A stretch of DNA of 64,000 nucleotides from an uncultured Chroococcidiopsis sp. (lineage in GTDB: Bacteria > Cyanobacteriota > Cyanobacteriia > Cyanobacteriales > Chroococcidiopsidaceae). Within the stretch, counting starts at the first letter, position 1; the number at the start of each line of letters is the position of its first letter. The translations under genes were made by a program, and so were the position numbers. Where the stretch lies: positions 86,492 through 150,491 of the forward strand of contig CAXTYC010000008.1 of assembly GCA_964248365.1 (NCBI GenBank). Direction: 5' to 3'. A model generated the notes under the pieces. That model was not told the origin of the DNA. It ran no database searches and was given only the letters and a program-made list of their open reading frames with translations. Below are positions 41,659-51,792 of this stretch, one piece after another.

Positions 41659-42537
41659 TTAACGTGCATACCCAGTTTGACGTATAAAGTTCATTAAATG
41701 GGTGGTGAATGCCTTGCCGCTACTATCAGAGTATCCTTGCTTTAAACGTCGCATCGCGTCAGCTTCCTGACCCAAAAGGAACTTTGAAGCGATATATGCT
41801 GCCATTGCTCCCTGTGCTGACTCTGCACCATATTCAGAGCGAATTTGGTTATACATTCGCCACAAATCGGTAGTATTCTGGTAAACTATCTTCGGGAATT
41901 GTCTGGTAACGTCTATCATTTTACCTGCGCGATAGCGCCATATTTGCACTGGAGCTGCTGAGACGGCGTAACTGCCAAACTCTCCTCTAAAACGGTCATC
42001 TAAAGCTACAAACTCTCGACTACCATCTTTATTGAGATCAAGAAGATTTCTGTCGTTATCTTTGCCTGACACTCCAGATAGATTGTAGCCGCTGGTATAG
42101 TTACCCCAAAAGTGTGATAAAACAAGGTATTTTTTCGCCTTTGAGTCATAAGAATAAATGAATGTTGACGCGCAACAATGAGCGCCAGCTTCTGTTAAAT
42201 CTACTAATACTTCTGGTTCACCGCTGCCATCGAGTTCTATAACTTTTATATCTGCATCGTTGCCCCTCACTCCCAGTTCTTTATCGTATGTAGGTAGCAG
42301 CTTAACCGGAAGTTCAGAGTCAAGTACTGTTTGTTTGTTTCTAGTAATTCTGACTTTAAAGTTAGTCAAAAAATTATTGTCTTCAGCTTCCAAATAGCTA
42401 AGTTTTGCTTTTATTAAAAGAAAACCGCTTTGATAGGTTGCCTCTTTAAATTTATACTTTTGAGAAGCAATAGAAGGCTCAAGAGTCAGAGATAGGCTAC
42501 TTAACGTCACCAAGCTTAAAAAAACCCATCTCAACAT
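41659..42537 (-). CDS. Secreted hypothetical protein
   Basis: Signal peptide; ELDGSGEPEV and DLNKDGSREF Ca-loop-like motifs; GAHCC. Confidence 0.7.
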   Translation of the reverse strand: MLRWVFLSLVTLSSLSLTLEPSIASQKYKFKEATYQSGFLLIKAKLSYLEAEDNNFLTNFKVRITRNKQTVLDSELPVKLLPTYDKELGVRGNDADIKVIELDGSGEPEVLVDLTEAGAHCCASTFIYSYDSKAKKYLVLSHFWGNYTSGYNLSGVSGKDNDRNLLDLNKDGSREFVALDDRFRGEFGSYAVSAAPVQIWRYRAGKMIDVTRQFPKIVYQNTTDLWRMYNQIRSEYGAESAQGAMAAYIASKFLLGQEADAMRRLKQGYSDSSGKAFTTHLMNFIRQTGYAR

Positions 42538-42692
42538 AAATTGCCCAGTCCCTTTCCCTAGCTGCTCAAAAGTATATTTTTATACTATTAAATTTTGTAA
42601 ATAATTGAGTAATTGTACTCATTTAATTTTTCAATCTATACGTTTAGATCTATCTAAACATAAAAAGGATAAGTTAGAGGGGAGAGGGGTCG

Positions 42693-43883
42693 ATGAAAAT
42701 ACTTGTACTAACCTGGGAGTTTCCGCCGCGTATTGTGGGAGGAATTGCCCGTCACGTAGGAGAGTTGTACCCAGAACTGGTAAAGCTAGGTCATGAAGTT
42801 CACCTGATTACGGTAGAATTTGGCATGGCTCCGATGTACGAACGGGTAGAGGGAGTACACGTACATCGAGTTCCGGTAGCGCCTGGTAACGACTTTTTTC
42901 ATTGGGTGGTGAACATAAATGAAAGCATGGGTCATCACGGGGCTAAGCTGATAATGGAGGAAGCACCATTTGACATTATTCATGCCCATGACTGGTTAGT
43001 GGGAGATGCTGCGATCGCCCTCAAGCATACTTTCAAAATACCCCTAATTGCCACCATCCACGCTACAGAATACGGTCGCTACAACGGTATCCGTACCGAA
43101 CAGCAACACTACATCAACGGCAAAGAGCAACTCTTAGCTTACAACGCTTGGCGAATAATTGTTTGCACCGACTATATGCGCCGCGAAGTAGAACGGGCGC
43201 TTGCTAGTCCTGGAGACAAAATTGATGTAGTCTACAACGGTATTCGCCCAGAAAAGAAAAAGCACGACCAAGACTTTGACTTTTGGAACTTCCGCCGCTC
43301 TTTTGCCCAAGACGACGAGAAAATAGTTTACTACGTTGGTCGCATGACCTACGAAAAAGGTGTCTCGGTATTATTAAATGCCGCCCCTAAAGTGCTGTGG
43401 GAAACGGGAGGTAAAGCCAAATTTGTCTTCATCGGCGGAGGTAACACAGATCATTTAAAACGTCAAGCTTGGGATTTGGGCATTTGGGACAAATGCTACT
43501 TTACAGGTTTTATGTATGATGAATACCTAGATAAATTCCAAACTGTAGCTGACTGTGCTGTTTTCCCCAGCCTTTATGAACCATTTGGCATTGTAGCCTT
43601 AGAAAGCTTTGCGGCGCGGGTTCCAGTAGTAGTATCAGATACAGGCGGCTTGCCAGAAGTTGTGCAACATACTAAAACAGGTATTGTCACTTGGACAAAT
43701 AATCCCGACTCCCTAGCTTGGGGAATTTTGGAAGTATTAAAAAATCCCAGTTATAGACAGTGGTTAATTGATAATGCTTATGAGGATTTAGACCGCCGCT
43801 TTAACTGGACTAAACTAGCCCAGCAGACAGAAGCAGTTTATCAGCAAGTAGTGCAAGAGCGATCGCAAATAACTTGGTTGTAA
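42693..43883 (+). CDS. Glycosyltransferase family 4
   Basis: WEFPPRIVGGIARHV, HAHDWL, PSLYEPFGIVALE. Confidence 0.93.
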   Translation: MKILVLTWEFPPRIVGGIARHVGELYPELVKLGHEVHLITVEFGMAPMYERVEGVHVHRVPVAPGNDFFHWVVNINESMGHHGAKLIMEEAPFDIIHAHDWLVGDAAIALKHTFKIPLIATIHATEYGRYNGIRTEQQHYINGKEQLLAYNAWRIIVCTDYMRREVERALASPGDKIDVVYNGIRPEKKKHDQDFDFWNFRRSFAQDDEKIVYYVGRMTYEKGVSVLLNAAPKVLWETGGKAKFVFIGGGNTDHLKRQAWDLGIWDKCYFTGFMYDEYLDKFQTVADCAVFPSLYEPFGIVALESFAARVPVVVSDTGGLPEVVQHTKTGIVTWTNNPDSLAWGILEVLKNPSYRQWLIDNAYEDLDRRFNWTKLAQQTEAVYQQVVQERSQITWL

Positions 43884-44032
43884 GCGTTCCAATCAGCGAA
43901 AAAATAAGCCGACACACGAGTAGAAGCGGAGAATTACTATTTCTCCGCTATGCTGTGAGTGCTAAATTTGGCATTTGTGGACACATCACATTTATGTTGT
44001 GCCATGCCCAAAATGTTATGAGTCGAGGTGCT

Positions 44033-44635
44033 TCACCATGTGTCTTTTTTTGCCTGATTGTCTAAGGAGTGGATATGGCTGAGGGAATTTTTCAACTCGA
44101 TTTTGGTTTTGCAACGGTTAATTGATTCTTTATAGGAAGTAAGTTTATCGCTGCTGAGGGTAGTCATTGCGGCTTTGACATAATAATCTATTGCCGCTTC
44201 TGGGTTTTGTTGCATCTCGTACATAATGGCGTACTCAAGGTAAACCGTTTCTTTGGGAATGCTAGGTACATTCGAAGTTATGTCCAAATGCTCTTTGAGT
44301 TCATCAAAACGTTGGTTATTTGATAAAAGATAACAGTAATTCAGATATGCGGCGGCGTACTCCGGTGCATATTTCATCGCCTTTTTGTAGCATTCTTCGG
44401 CACTGGCGGAATTTTTGTATTTGTTTTCATAAATCCAGCCAAGGTGATTATGAGCTTTGCCATACTGCGGATTACGTTGCACAATTTTGAACAACACTTC
44501 GATCGCTGCTTGTATTCGCTCTTCTTTGATTAATAAATCGGCTTGCGCGAACATTTCCTCACATTCGATGTGGTTTCTGTCAAGACTGATATATTCCTCA
44601 CCGTAGTTGCCGTTGATGAATCCACTTAAATCCAT
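44033..44635 (-). CDS. TPR-containing hypothetical protein
   Basis: NPQYGKAHNHLGWIY, APEYAAAYLNY; AGGAG RBS upstream. Confidence 0.8.
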   Translation of the reverse strand: MDLSGFINGNYGEEYISLDRNHIECEEMFAQADLLIKEERIQAAIEVLFKIVQRNPQYGKAHNHLGWIYENKYKNSASAEECYKKAMKYAPEYAAAYLNYCYLLSNNQRFDELKEHLDITSNVPSIPKETVYLEYAIMYEMQQNPEAAIDYYVKAAMTTLSSDKLTSYKESINRCKTKIELKNSLSHIHSLDNQAKKDTW

Positions 44636-45331
44636 TTGGCTTCTCTCCTTAAATAGGAACTACAAGTATATTGGTACAAGTATTCATAAAATATGCAATG
44701 CCTATGCCCTGATCGTCACTGTATCATATCTGTATGGGCAAGCCTATATATAGAAGCAATTAGAAATAATTGGCAGTCTTTATCAGTGATATATGTGGTT
44801 AAAAATTTAAGATTTGGCAGCATCTAGACTAAGGTTGCTTGCTTGGTCTTAATTTTGGATAGTAGCGATCGCGTGTTCTGCTACCAATAATCAAATCCGC
44901 GATCGCGCTCGCCGCATTTATGCGCTTATCCTAGAATAATTTTTGTTAGCCGTAGTAAAAATACCAGTGTGCTGCTTTTAACCTTGCACAATACCTAAAT
45001 CTATCTTCAATTGACTTGTTTTCTTCCTTTGGAAGGAAAGAAAAGGTAAACAATAGGTTAATAATAGGTAAAGTTAAAAGCAGCCCAATTAGTCCTTTGC
45101 TCCTTTGTGAGCACAAGTGTTAAGAGGCAGCTAAGAACACTCAAGCAGCATTAGTCCTGATATCAAGTTGCCACCAGCTAGACTGGACATCGAGTTCAGT
45201 GGCTTTGCTTTCTCTAATTGAAAGCTAAATATTATACCACTTGGTATGCGTGTAGTAGATGTTCGCTGTTTGAGACTTATACAGTAGATACTGCTTTCTA
45301 GTCAGCTTAAACAGTAAGCAAACGTATTTTC

Positions 45332-45676
45332 ATGCTTAGTGAACTCTGTCTTCGGTTTGTAATCGGTGGTCTTGTAGTCTCTGTGTTTGCTGTGATTGGC
45401 GACATCATACAGCCTAAAAGCTTTGCAGGCATTTTTGGCGCAGCACCATCGGTGGCGCTAGCATCTCTGGGTTTGATTTTTGCTAAAAAAGGCGGAGCTT
45501 ATGCTGCTGTGGAAGGTCAGTCCATGTTTTTAGGAGCGATCGCGCTTGGCTTTTACTGCATTGTCGTGAGTTGGCTGTTGAAGCGCTACAAATTGGGCGC
45601 ACTACAAGCAGCAAGCGTATCATGTCTGCTGTGGTTAATTGTGGCTTTTGGTTTGAGAGCAATATTCTATAGTTAA
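45332..45676 (+). CDS. DUF3147-like small four-TM protein (copy 1)
   Basis: RFVIGGLVV...FAGIFGAAPSV. Confidence 0.75.
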   Translation: MLSELCLRFVIGGLVVSVFAVIGDIIQPKSFAGIFGAAPSVALASLGLIFAKKGGAYAAVEGQSMFLGAIALGFYCIVVSWLLKRYKLGALQAASVSCLLWLIVAFGLRAIFYS

Positions 45677-45690
45677 AAAAATAGGTTCAA

Positions 45691-46071
45691 ATGAAAATAA
45701 AGTTCAATCTCTCAAAGCTAAAGCAGACTAAATGGCACGAATATGCAGTGCGCTTTGTGTTTGGTGGTGCGATTACTGCACTAGCTGGATTTCTAGGTGA
45801 TAAATACGGACCTACTGTAGGTGGTTTGTTTCTGGCGTTCCCTGCAATTCTGCCAGCGAGTATCACTTTAATTCAAAATCACGAAGGCAAGCAAGCAGCG
45901 TGGGCTGACGTTTTGGGAGCAGCTATTGGTAGTATTGGTCTGTTAGGATTTGCAATTGTTGTCTGGGAGCTAGCGCCACAAATTGCGGCATGGAAAGTCC
46001 TCGTGTGTGCTTCATTTGTCTGGTTTGCTGTTTCTGCTGGACTGTGGATGGCTCGTCAGGTGGCAAGATGA
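45691..46071 (+). CDS. DUF3147-like small four-TM protein (copy 2)
   Basis: RFVFGGAIT...GGLFLAFPAI. Confidence 0.75.
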   Translation: MKIKFNLSKLKQTKWHEYAVRFVFGGAITALAGFLGDKYGPTVGGLFLAFPAILPASITLIQNHEGKQAAWADVLGAAIGSIGLLGFAIVVWELAPQIAAWKVLVCASFVWFAVSAGLWMARQVAR

Positions 46072-46094
46072 TTTTGAGTATAACTGGAGAAAAA

Positions 46095-47258
46095 CTATAC
46101 TAGAGTTGCCAGCGATCGCAAACTTTGGATAGTAGCGATCGTATGATCCGCTACTTTCTCAATTTCCTCGACTGTATTAAAACGCCCAATCCCAAATCTT
46201 ACCGTTGCATAAGCTAGTTTTTCCGAGTGTCCCAACGCTGTCAAAACATGAGAGGGCGCTGTTTTTGCCGAAGAACAAGCCGCACCAGAAGAAACCGACA
46301 TTACAGGCTGTAACCCTAATAATAACGCCGCTCCATCTACATCTTCCACACTAATATTCAAGTTTCCCGCTAACCTCTGGGTAGGATGTCCATTTAAATG
46401 AATACCGTAGAGTTGCTGTAAATATTGCCACAATAGTTGAGCTAAATGTTTCAAACGTGCTGTTTCTTGTCGTTGTTGTGCGATCGCTATTTCTACCGCC
46501 TTAGCAAATCCGACAATTTGCGGCGTGTATAATGTACCCGAACGCATCCCCCGTTCATGTCCACCCCCATGCAACTGAGGAGCTAGCTGTACTCTAGGAT
46601 TACGGCGACGCACGTAAAGCGCACCAATTCCTTTGGGACCATAGACTTTATGAGCCGTCATGGATAAGAGATCAATTTTCATCGCTTCTACGTCCAAGCC
46701 AATTTTACCTATAGCTTGAGCAGCATCGGTGTGAAAAAGAACAGAGCGATCGCTACACATCTCGCCAATTTCTGCTATTGGTTGCAATACACCGATTTCG
46801 TTATTTGCCGCCATCACCGAAACTAAAATTGTATCGGGACGAAAAGCAAGTTCCAACTCGCCTAGATCGATTAGTCCATTCTTTTGGACTGGTAGAAATG
46901 TTACCTCAAAACCAAGCGAGCGCAAATACCCACACGGATCGAGGACGGCATTATGCTCGGTTTCTAGGGTAATAATATGCCGTCCTTTCTGAAAATAAGC
47001 TTCAGCAACACCCTTGATTGCTAAATTATTCGCCTCTGTCGCCCCACTAGTAAAAATAATCTCCTCCGGCGTAGCATGAATAGCATCTGCCAAAATTTCC
47101 CTTGCTTGTTTGACAGCCCCTTGGGCTTCCCAGCCGTAAACATGACTTGTACTAGCTGGATTACCAAAATGCTCAGTGAAGTAGGGTAGCATCGCGCACA
47201 GTACCCTTTCATCTACGGGTGTGGTTGCGTGACAATCTAAATAAATAGGACGTTGCAT
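46095..47258 (-). CDS. iscS: Cysteine desulfurase (IscS/NifS family)
   Basis: IYLDCHATTP, HTDAAQ, TAHKVYGPKG, SSGAACSS. Confidence 0.93.
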   Translation of the reverse strand: MQRPIYLDCHATTPVDERVLCAMLPYFTEHFGNPASTSHVYGWEAQGAVKQAREILADAIHATPEEIIFTSGATEANNLAIKGVAEAYFQKGRHIITLETEHNAVLDPCGYLRSLGFEVTFLPVQKNGLIDLGELELAFRPDTILVSVMAANNEIGVLQPIAEIGEMCSDRSVLFHTDAAQAIGKIGLDVEAMKIDLLSMTAHKVYGPKGIGALYVRRRNPRVQLAPQLHGGGHERGMRSGTLYTPQIVGFAKAVEIAIAQQRQETARLKHLAQLLWQYLQQLYGIHLNGHPTQRLAGNLNISVEDVDGAALLLGLQPVMSVSSGAACSSAKTAPSHVLTALGHSEKLAYATVRFGIGRFNTVEEIEKVADHTIATIQSLRSLATLV

Positions 47259-47384
47259 AATAGGGGCTAGGACGCTTAAGAGGGAAAAGGGTAAAGGGTA
47301 AAGGGAAAAGGGCAAAGGGTGAAGGTTGAAAGCTAAAGGTTAAAATTTTATACTTTATACTTCACACTTCACACTTCATACTTT

Positions 47385-48647
47385 TTATCTGCGTTCAGTT
47401 ACTCGCCAGCTTAGCTTTAGGTTAATCCAGAAATTCCAGAAGGTGACGATCGCGATCGCAATAATATTAGCGATTTGATAGTGAACTCCCAAAGTATTGT
47501 ACAAAATATTCAATAACAGTACATTTAATACCAGACCGACTAAGCAGACGATATTAAATTTTACAAACCGCTTGATTCGCTTACGCCATCCTTTTTGCTG
47601 ACCGGACATATCACTAAATGTCCAAGCGTCATTCCACAAAAAGTTATTAATAATTGCCGCTTCGCCAGCTAATATTTTACTGCGAGTTAGACCCCATCCT
47701 AAAGTACTGGCATCGTGGAGCAAGTAAAGTACTATCATATCTACAAACACTCCACTTAAACCGACTACTCCAAACCGGATAAACCGACCGATTGGGAATC
47801 GTTGTCTAAGTCGTCCAATTCGACCTTGGGAAAGACGTAATTTGAGTAAGTGCTGTAAATACTCTACGTATTGTTTCCAAGTTACCTTGCTCTCACCTTC
47901 TCGCCGTTCTTGAAATTCGTATCCAACTTCGGCAATTTTGTCAATCTTTCCCCGACCGAGAACTTCAATTAGAATTTTGTAACCAACGGGACTCATGGTG
48001 TGTCCTGCGATCGCACTTCGACGCACCATAAAATAGCCACTCATCGGATCAGAAACTCTTCCCACTACTTGTGGTAATATAACTAATCCTAATAGCTGAG
48101 CGCCCCTCGATAAGAAACGTCGAATAAAACTCCAGCTACTAACCCCTCCTCCTTCAATGTGTCTGCTAGCAACTGCTAGATCAGCTCCTTGCTCAATTGC
48201 TTTCAATAGTTGTAATAATACCTCTGGTGGGTGCTGGAGATCGCCATCAATTACCCCTAATACCTGTCCCTGTGCGGCTTGCCAACCTCGGATCACTGCT
48301 GTAGAAAGTCCCCGTTCTTCTTTCCGCCGCATTACCCGTAGCTGTGGATACTCTTTTATCAATGCTTGGGCTAATTCCCAAGTGCGGTCTGGGCTATTGT
48401 CATCTACTACAATTAGTTCGTAGTCCCCTGGCATAGCTTTGTCAAGCAATCCGCTCAATATCTCGGCGATCGCCCTAATATTTTTACTCTCGTTATAGGT
48501 GGGAATTACCAATGAAAAACTTACCGGATAGGTTTGGAGCGGTTCTGCTTGATGAGCATTTAATTCCCTGGATGCTGGTGTAATCTCAGAAATTTGCAAA
48601 GCTCCTGTAGGTACACATAGCAGAGACGCTTGTTGTCTGATGGTCAT
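47385..48647 (-). CDS. GT2 polyprenol-phosphate glycosyltransferase fused to a GtrA-like domain
   Basis: VIPTYNE, VVDDNSPD, IDGDLQHPP, DPMSGYF; C-terminal RFGVVG..NFLWNDAWTF. Confidence 0.9.
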   Translation of the reverse strand: MTIRQQASLLCVPTGALQISEITPASRELNAHQAEPLQTYPVSFSLVIPTYNESKNIRAIAEILSGLLDKAMPGDYELIVVDDNSPDRTWELAQALIKEYPQLRVMRRKEERGLSTAVIRGWQAAQGQVLGVIDGDLQHPPEVLLQLLKAIEQGADLAVASRHIEGGGVSSWSFIRRFLSRGAQLLGLVILPQVVGRVSDPMSGYFMVRRSAIAGHTMSPVGYKILIEVLGRGKIDKIAEVGYEFQERREGESKVTWKQYVEYLQHLLKLRLSQGRIGRLRQRFPIGRFIRFGVVGLSGVFVDMIVLYLLHDASTLGWGLTRSKILAGEAAIINNFLWNDAWTFSDMSGQQKGWRKRIKRFVKFNIVCLVGLVLNVLLLNILYNTLGVHYQIANIIAIAIVTFWNFWINLKLSWRVTERR

Positions 48648-48802
48648 AGATTAAGTTTTAGGGTTACTGTAATTTCTTGACAAATTTCTGTGCTGCATAA
48701 TAATATTAATAATTACCTTAAAAACTTATTTACTCTAAACTAATTTAGACGCAGCAATAAATTTACCAATGATTTTAAAATCTATATTATCTTAAGTGCT
48801 AA

Positions 48803-50025
48803 TCAGTACAAACAAACACTTACTTTTTGAAGTTTCTCATACATTTTGATTAACTCTTGATTAACTTGCTCAATGTTGTTGTAGCGCTCCTCTACATATA
48901 CACGACCATACCGACCCATGTCAGCCCAAATTTCTGAGTTTTCAATAAGATAACTTAATCGCTCAGCCAACGCATCCCGTCGCTTGGGAACTATAAATCC
49001 TGATTTTCCATCTAATACACCTTTAGGAATACCATTATGCAGTGTTAGCACAACTGGTAAACCTATCACCCCAGCCTCTTGTAATCAGGCAAGACGTTCT
49101 CGATCTCCATTAGCAGCAGTCACACTAGGTAATACAAATATGTGAGAATCTGCATAAAGCTGACGCACTTGCTTTTGTGTTATCCACCCTAATAATTTTA
49201 CATTATCTGATATTTTTAAATCTAAAATTAGATTTTCTAAATATTATCGTAAGGCTCCTCCAGCAATTGTGTAAATACTCGGAAATTTTTCTTTAACTTT
49301 TGCTATAGCTTTGATAGCAAATTCAATTTCTTTATTTTCTAATAGTATAGCAACACTAATAATCTTTACTGGTTCACCAAAGCTCAGTTTTCATTCACAA
49401 AATAATACTCATAAATTTCAAAACCTACAGGTAACTTAACGAGCTTATTTTGAGGACAGCCCAGTGCTATAGCAACCCTAAATGATTTGTAAAATATGCC
49501 CGTTGTAGGTGTCCTTTGTTATTTGTCCTTTGTCCATAGTAACTACAAATGACGCGGGACTAATGACTAATGACGATTCTGTCGCAGGATTTCATGGCTC
49601 AAATAGGATTGCTATATAGCCTTGCTTCTAGTAAATTCAGTGTTGACACTGTACAAATCTCCACGCCCAAAAAGCTGTTTATAAACATCTGCACCGCACT
49701 GGCGAGGTATTACATTCACATCCATGCCATGAAATGACGTGATTAACTTTCCTTGGATAGCGCCGATTTCTTGTAATAATGCACCTTTTAAACCATTTGT
49801 ACCAAAATGGCAATGAACTATATCATAAGTCAACCCCTGGCACAACCAAGATATTACTTCATATAGCAATGTTAATGTATATTGTTTACCATACTTAAAA
49901 ATGTTTAATACTCGCAGTATAACTAGGATCGCTTTGGGGAATTCTTGAAAAATAAATCAATGCTTTTTAATATTTGCTGCCAGCGTTTATGTGACATATT
50001 TGTAGCATAGTAAGTGCGAGATACT
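48803..50025 (-). pseudogene. Degraded WcaL-like GT4 glycosyltransferase
   Basis: Fragments DIVHCHFG, LITSFHGMD, ALGCP..KL, HIFVLPSVTAANGD and GLPVV..HNGIP..VLDGKSG, separated by stops, frameshifts and a MITE. Confidence 0.85.
49470..49614. mobile_element. 145-bp MITE with imperfect TIRs and TA target-site duplication
   Basis: TA|TAGCAACCCTAAATGA...TCAAATAGGATTGCTA|TA; removing it restores the K-A-I-A-L-G-C-P reading frame. Confidence 0.85.
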
Positions 50026-50082
50026 GAAGTTTTTTTAATTCGTGGGTCGATCTTCGTGGGTTTCTTTCTTTTGTAAAAATAC

Positions 50083-50105
50083 AAAAAAAACCCGCGTGCG
50101 GGTTT
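50083..50105 (-). terminator. Intrinsic terminator of the secreted hydrolase gene
   Basis: Minus strand AAACCCGC-AC-GCGGG-TTTTTTTT. Confidence 0.6.
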
Positions 50106-50166
50106 GTAAAATTAATGAGTTAGCGATCAAATTAACACAATCACAGTGCTGGATTACTGTGCTAAC

Positions 50167-51792
50167 TTATTGAGATCGTAAAACCTTCATATACGAGATT
50201 TTGTTGTCGATGTCGTTTCCCACGTAAGCGTATTCACCAGCCTTGAAAGTCCGGCATAAACCTTGTTGACTTTCATTTTCACAAACATACGCTGCTAAGC
50301 CTTGAGGTACGCGCATTGAGCTAATCGCGTCGTTGCCAACAATATTAAAAGCACCTTTATCAGCTCTATAGACACCTGGCGAAAGTGAGAAACTTTGGGA
50401 CACGCCACCAAAGTTGGGCTGACGATAAGCCACTACTTGCGCCGAGTTAGAACCACCTTTGGAACTAACAGACGTTGAGGCTCCGTTGGGTACTAGCTTG
50501 ATGATTAGTGGATGATCTGGTACAGAAACGGTCAGATCACTCAGGCGACCGCCACTAGGAGCATCGGATGTTAGGATAGGAGAAACCGAATTTTTCGGCA
50601 CGTAGACCTCTGCGTGATTGATGGAGGTTTGCAGATTGACTTTAATTTGTCGGTCTCCAACTGCAATATCTTTTTTGCTATCGTTATTCCAGCTATGTGC
50701 CTCTTGCCACAGGATGAGATAAAACTCTCCGTTGCTCTTTTGCAAGAGGGTGCTGTCAACACCGTCAGTATTGCCGCTCAGGGTATAGTCTAAGCTCTGG
50801 GGCGTAAAAATAGCTCCAGGCTCTTTCAACAACGAGGTCATGTTTTTAATTGCTGTATAAGCTGGTTTGGCAGAGCCATCGAAGTGTAGCAACCCATAGT
50901 TACCTTGGTCGCCAGCGCCGCTTGACTCATTAATGAACTCGTAAAGATAAGTCCGTGCGATGTTGCGGTTGAAGCTTTCTAGCAATAGCCTGGGTATGTA
51001 TTTGCCTGCTGCTTCCTCAGATACACCGAGGTCGTTAGATAGCTCATTGTGGTAGCCAGTTTCAGTTGCCCACTTGGTCATACTGTTACCGCACATCTTA
51101 TTGATATGAGGGATGAAATACGAATCGAGATCGATGGTAGGCGGCTGACCGATATTGGGATAGCTATGCATATTGCACAAATCGCCCAAATTGCCGATAT
51201 ATTCCATCTTGTCTGCATCCTCTCCCCACCCCATAGAAGGCAGTACAACTGATAGATTCTTGGTGGCAGAATTGCCCTTGATAGTGTTGTACAAATCCTT
51301 TTGGTAGTTGCGAGTACCATCTGGGAATTTTTGACCGTTGTACGAAAAATTGAAAACATCTAAATCAGACTCGTTCGGACCTTCTACTGCGTCTATCCCT
51401 CCTGTCATTGAATTGACAACAGATGAAACTTCATCCATCGAATTGCCGGAGAAGATGATGTCAGACTTAATCCCAATAGAGCCTAGCTTTTTGATCTTGT
51501 TAAAGAAATTAGGGTCGTTGTAGCCACCGTCACGGATGTGACGAATACCCAGTTCTTGCAATTTGGGAATAATTAGGTCGTCAAATCGCTCATAAGGAGT
51601 GCCACCATAAGTTAGATGGGTATTTACCCCGATGCTATCCACAAAAGCATCAGCACTTTTAGCAGGTTGTGGAGCTGCCCAGGCTATATTGAATTTTTGG
51701 TTTATTATTGGTAATATAGTGCTACTTACTAACGTGGCAGTGAAAACTGCTAGGTGAAATGATGCGCGTTGTGATTTATTGTGTAATTTCAC
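50167..51792 (-). CDS. Secreted clan GH-A-like glycoside hydrolase with C-terminal beta/gamma-crystallin domain
   Basis: Signal peptide; FVDSIGVNTH, EGPNE, WATETGY, YGLL..DG..KPAY; C-terminal Y..PNFGG, NDAISS, DNKISY. Confidence 0.72.
   Translation of the reverse strand: MKLHNKSQRASFHLAVFTATLVSSTILPIINQKFNIAWAAPQPAKSADAFVDSIGVNTHLTYGGTPYERFDDLIIPKLQELGIRHIRDGGYNDPNFFNKIKKLGSIGIKSDIIFSGNSMDEVSSVVNSMTGGIDAVEGPNESDLDVFNFSYNGQKFPDGTRNYQKDLYNTIKGNSATKNLSVVLPSMGWGEDADKMEYIGNLGDLCNMHSYPNIGQPPTIDLDSYFIPHINKMCGNSMTKWATETGYHNELSNDLGVSEEAAGKYIPRLLLESFNRNIARTYLYEFINESSGAGDQGNYGLLHFDGSAKPAYTAIKNMTSLLKEPGAIFTPQSLDYTLSGNTDGVDSTLLQKSNGEFYLILWQEAHSWNNDSKKDIAVGDRQIKVNLQTSINHAEVYVPKNSVSPILTSDAPSGGRLSDLTVSVPDHPLIIKLVPNGASTSVSSKGGSNSAQVVAYRQPNFGGVSQSFSLSPGVYRADKGAFNIVGNDAISSMRVPQGLAAYVCENESQQGLCRTFKAGEYAYVGNDIDNKISYMKVLRSQ

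Noticed and set aside
44033..44635. TPR gene as a horizontally acquired cassette
   Set aside because: Composition looks slightly different and hairpins lie downstream, but there are no mobility signatures and this cannot be supported without a search.
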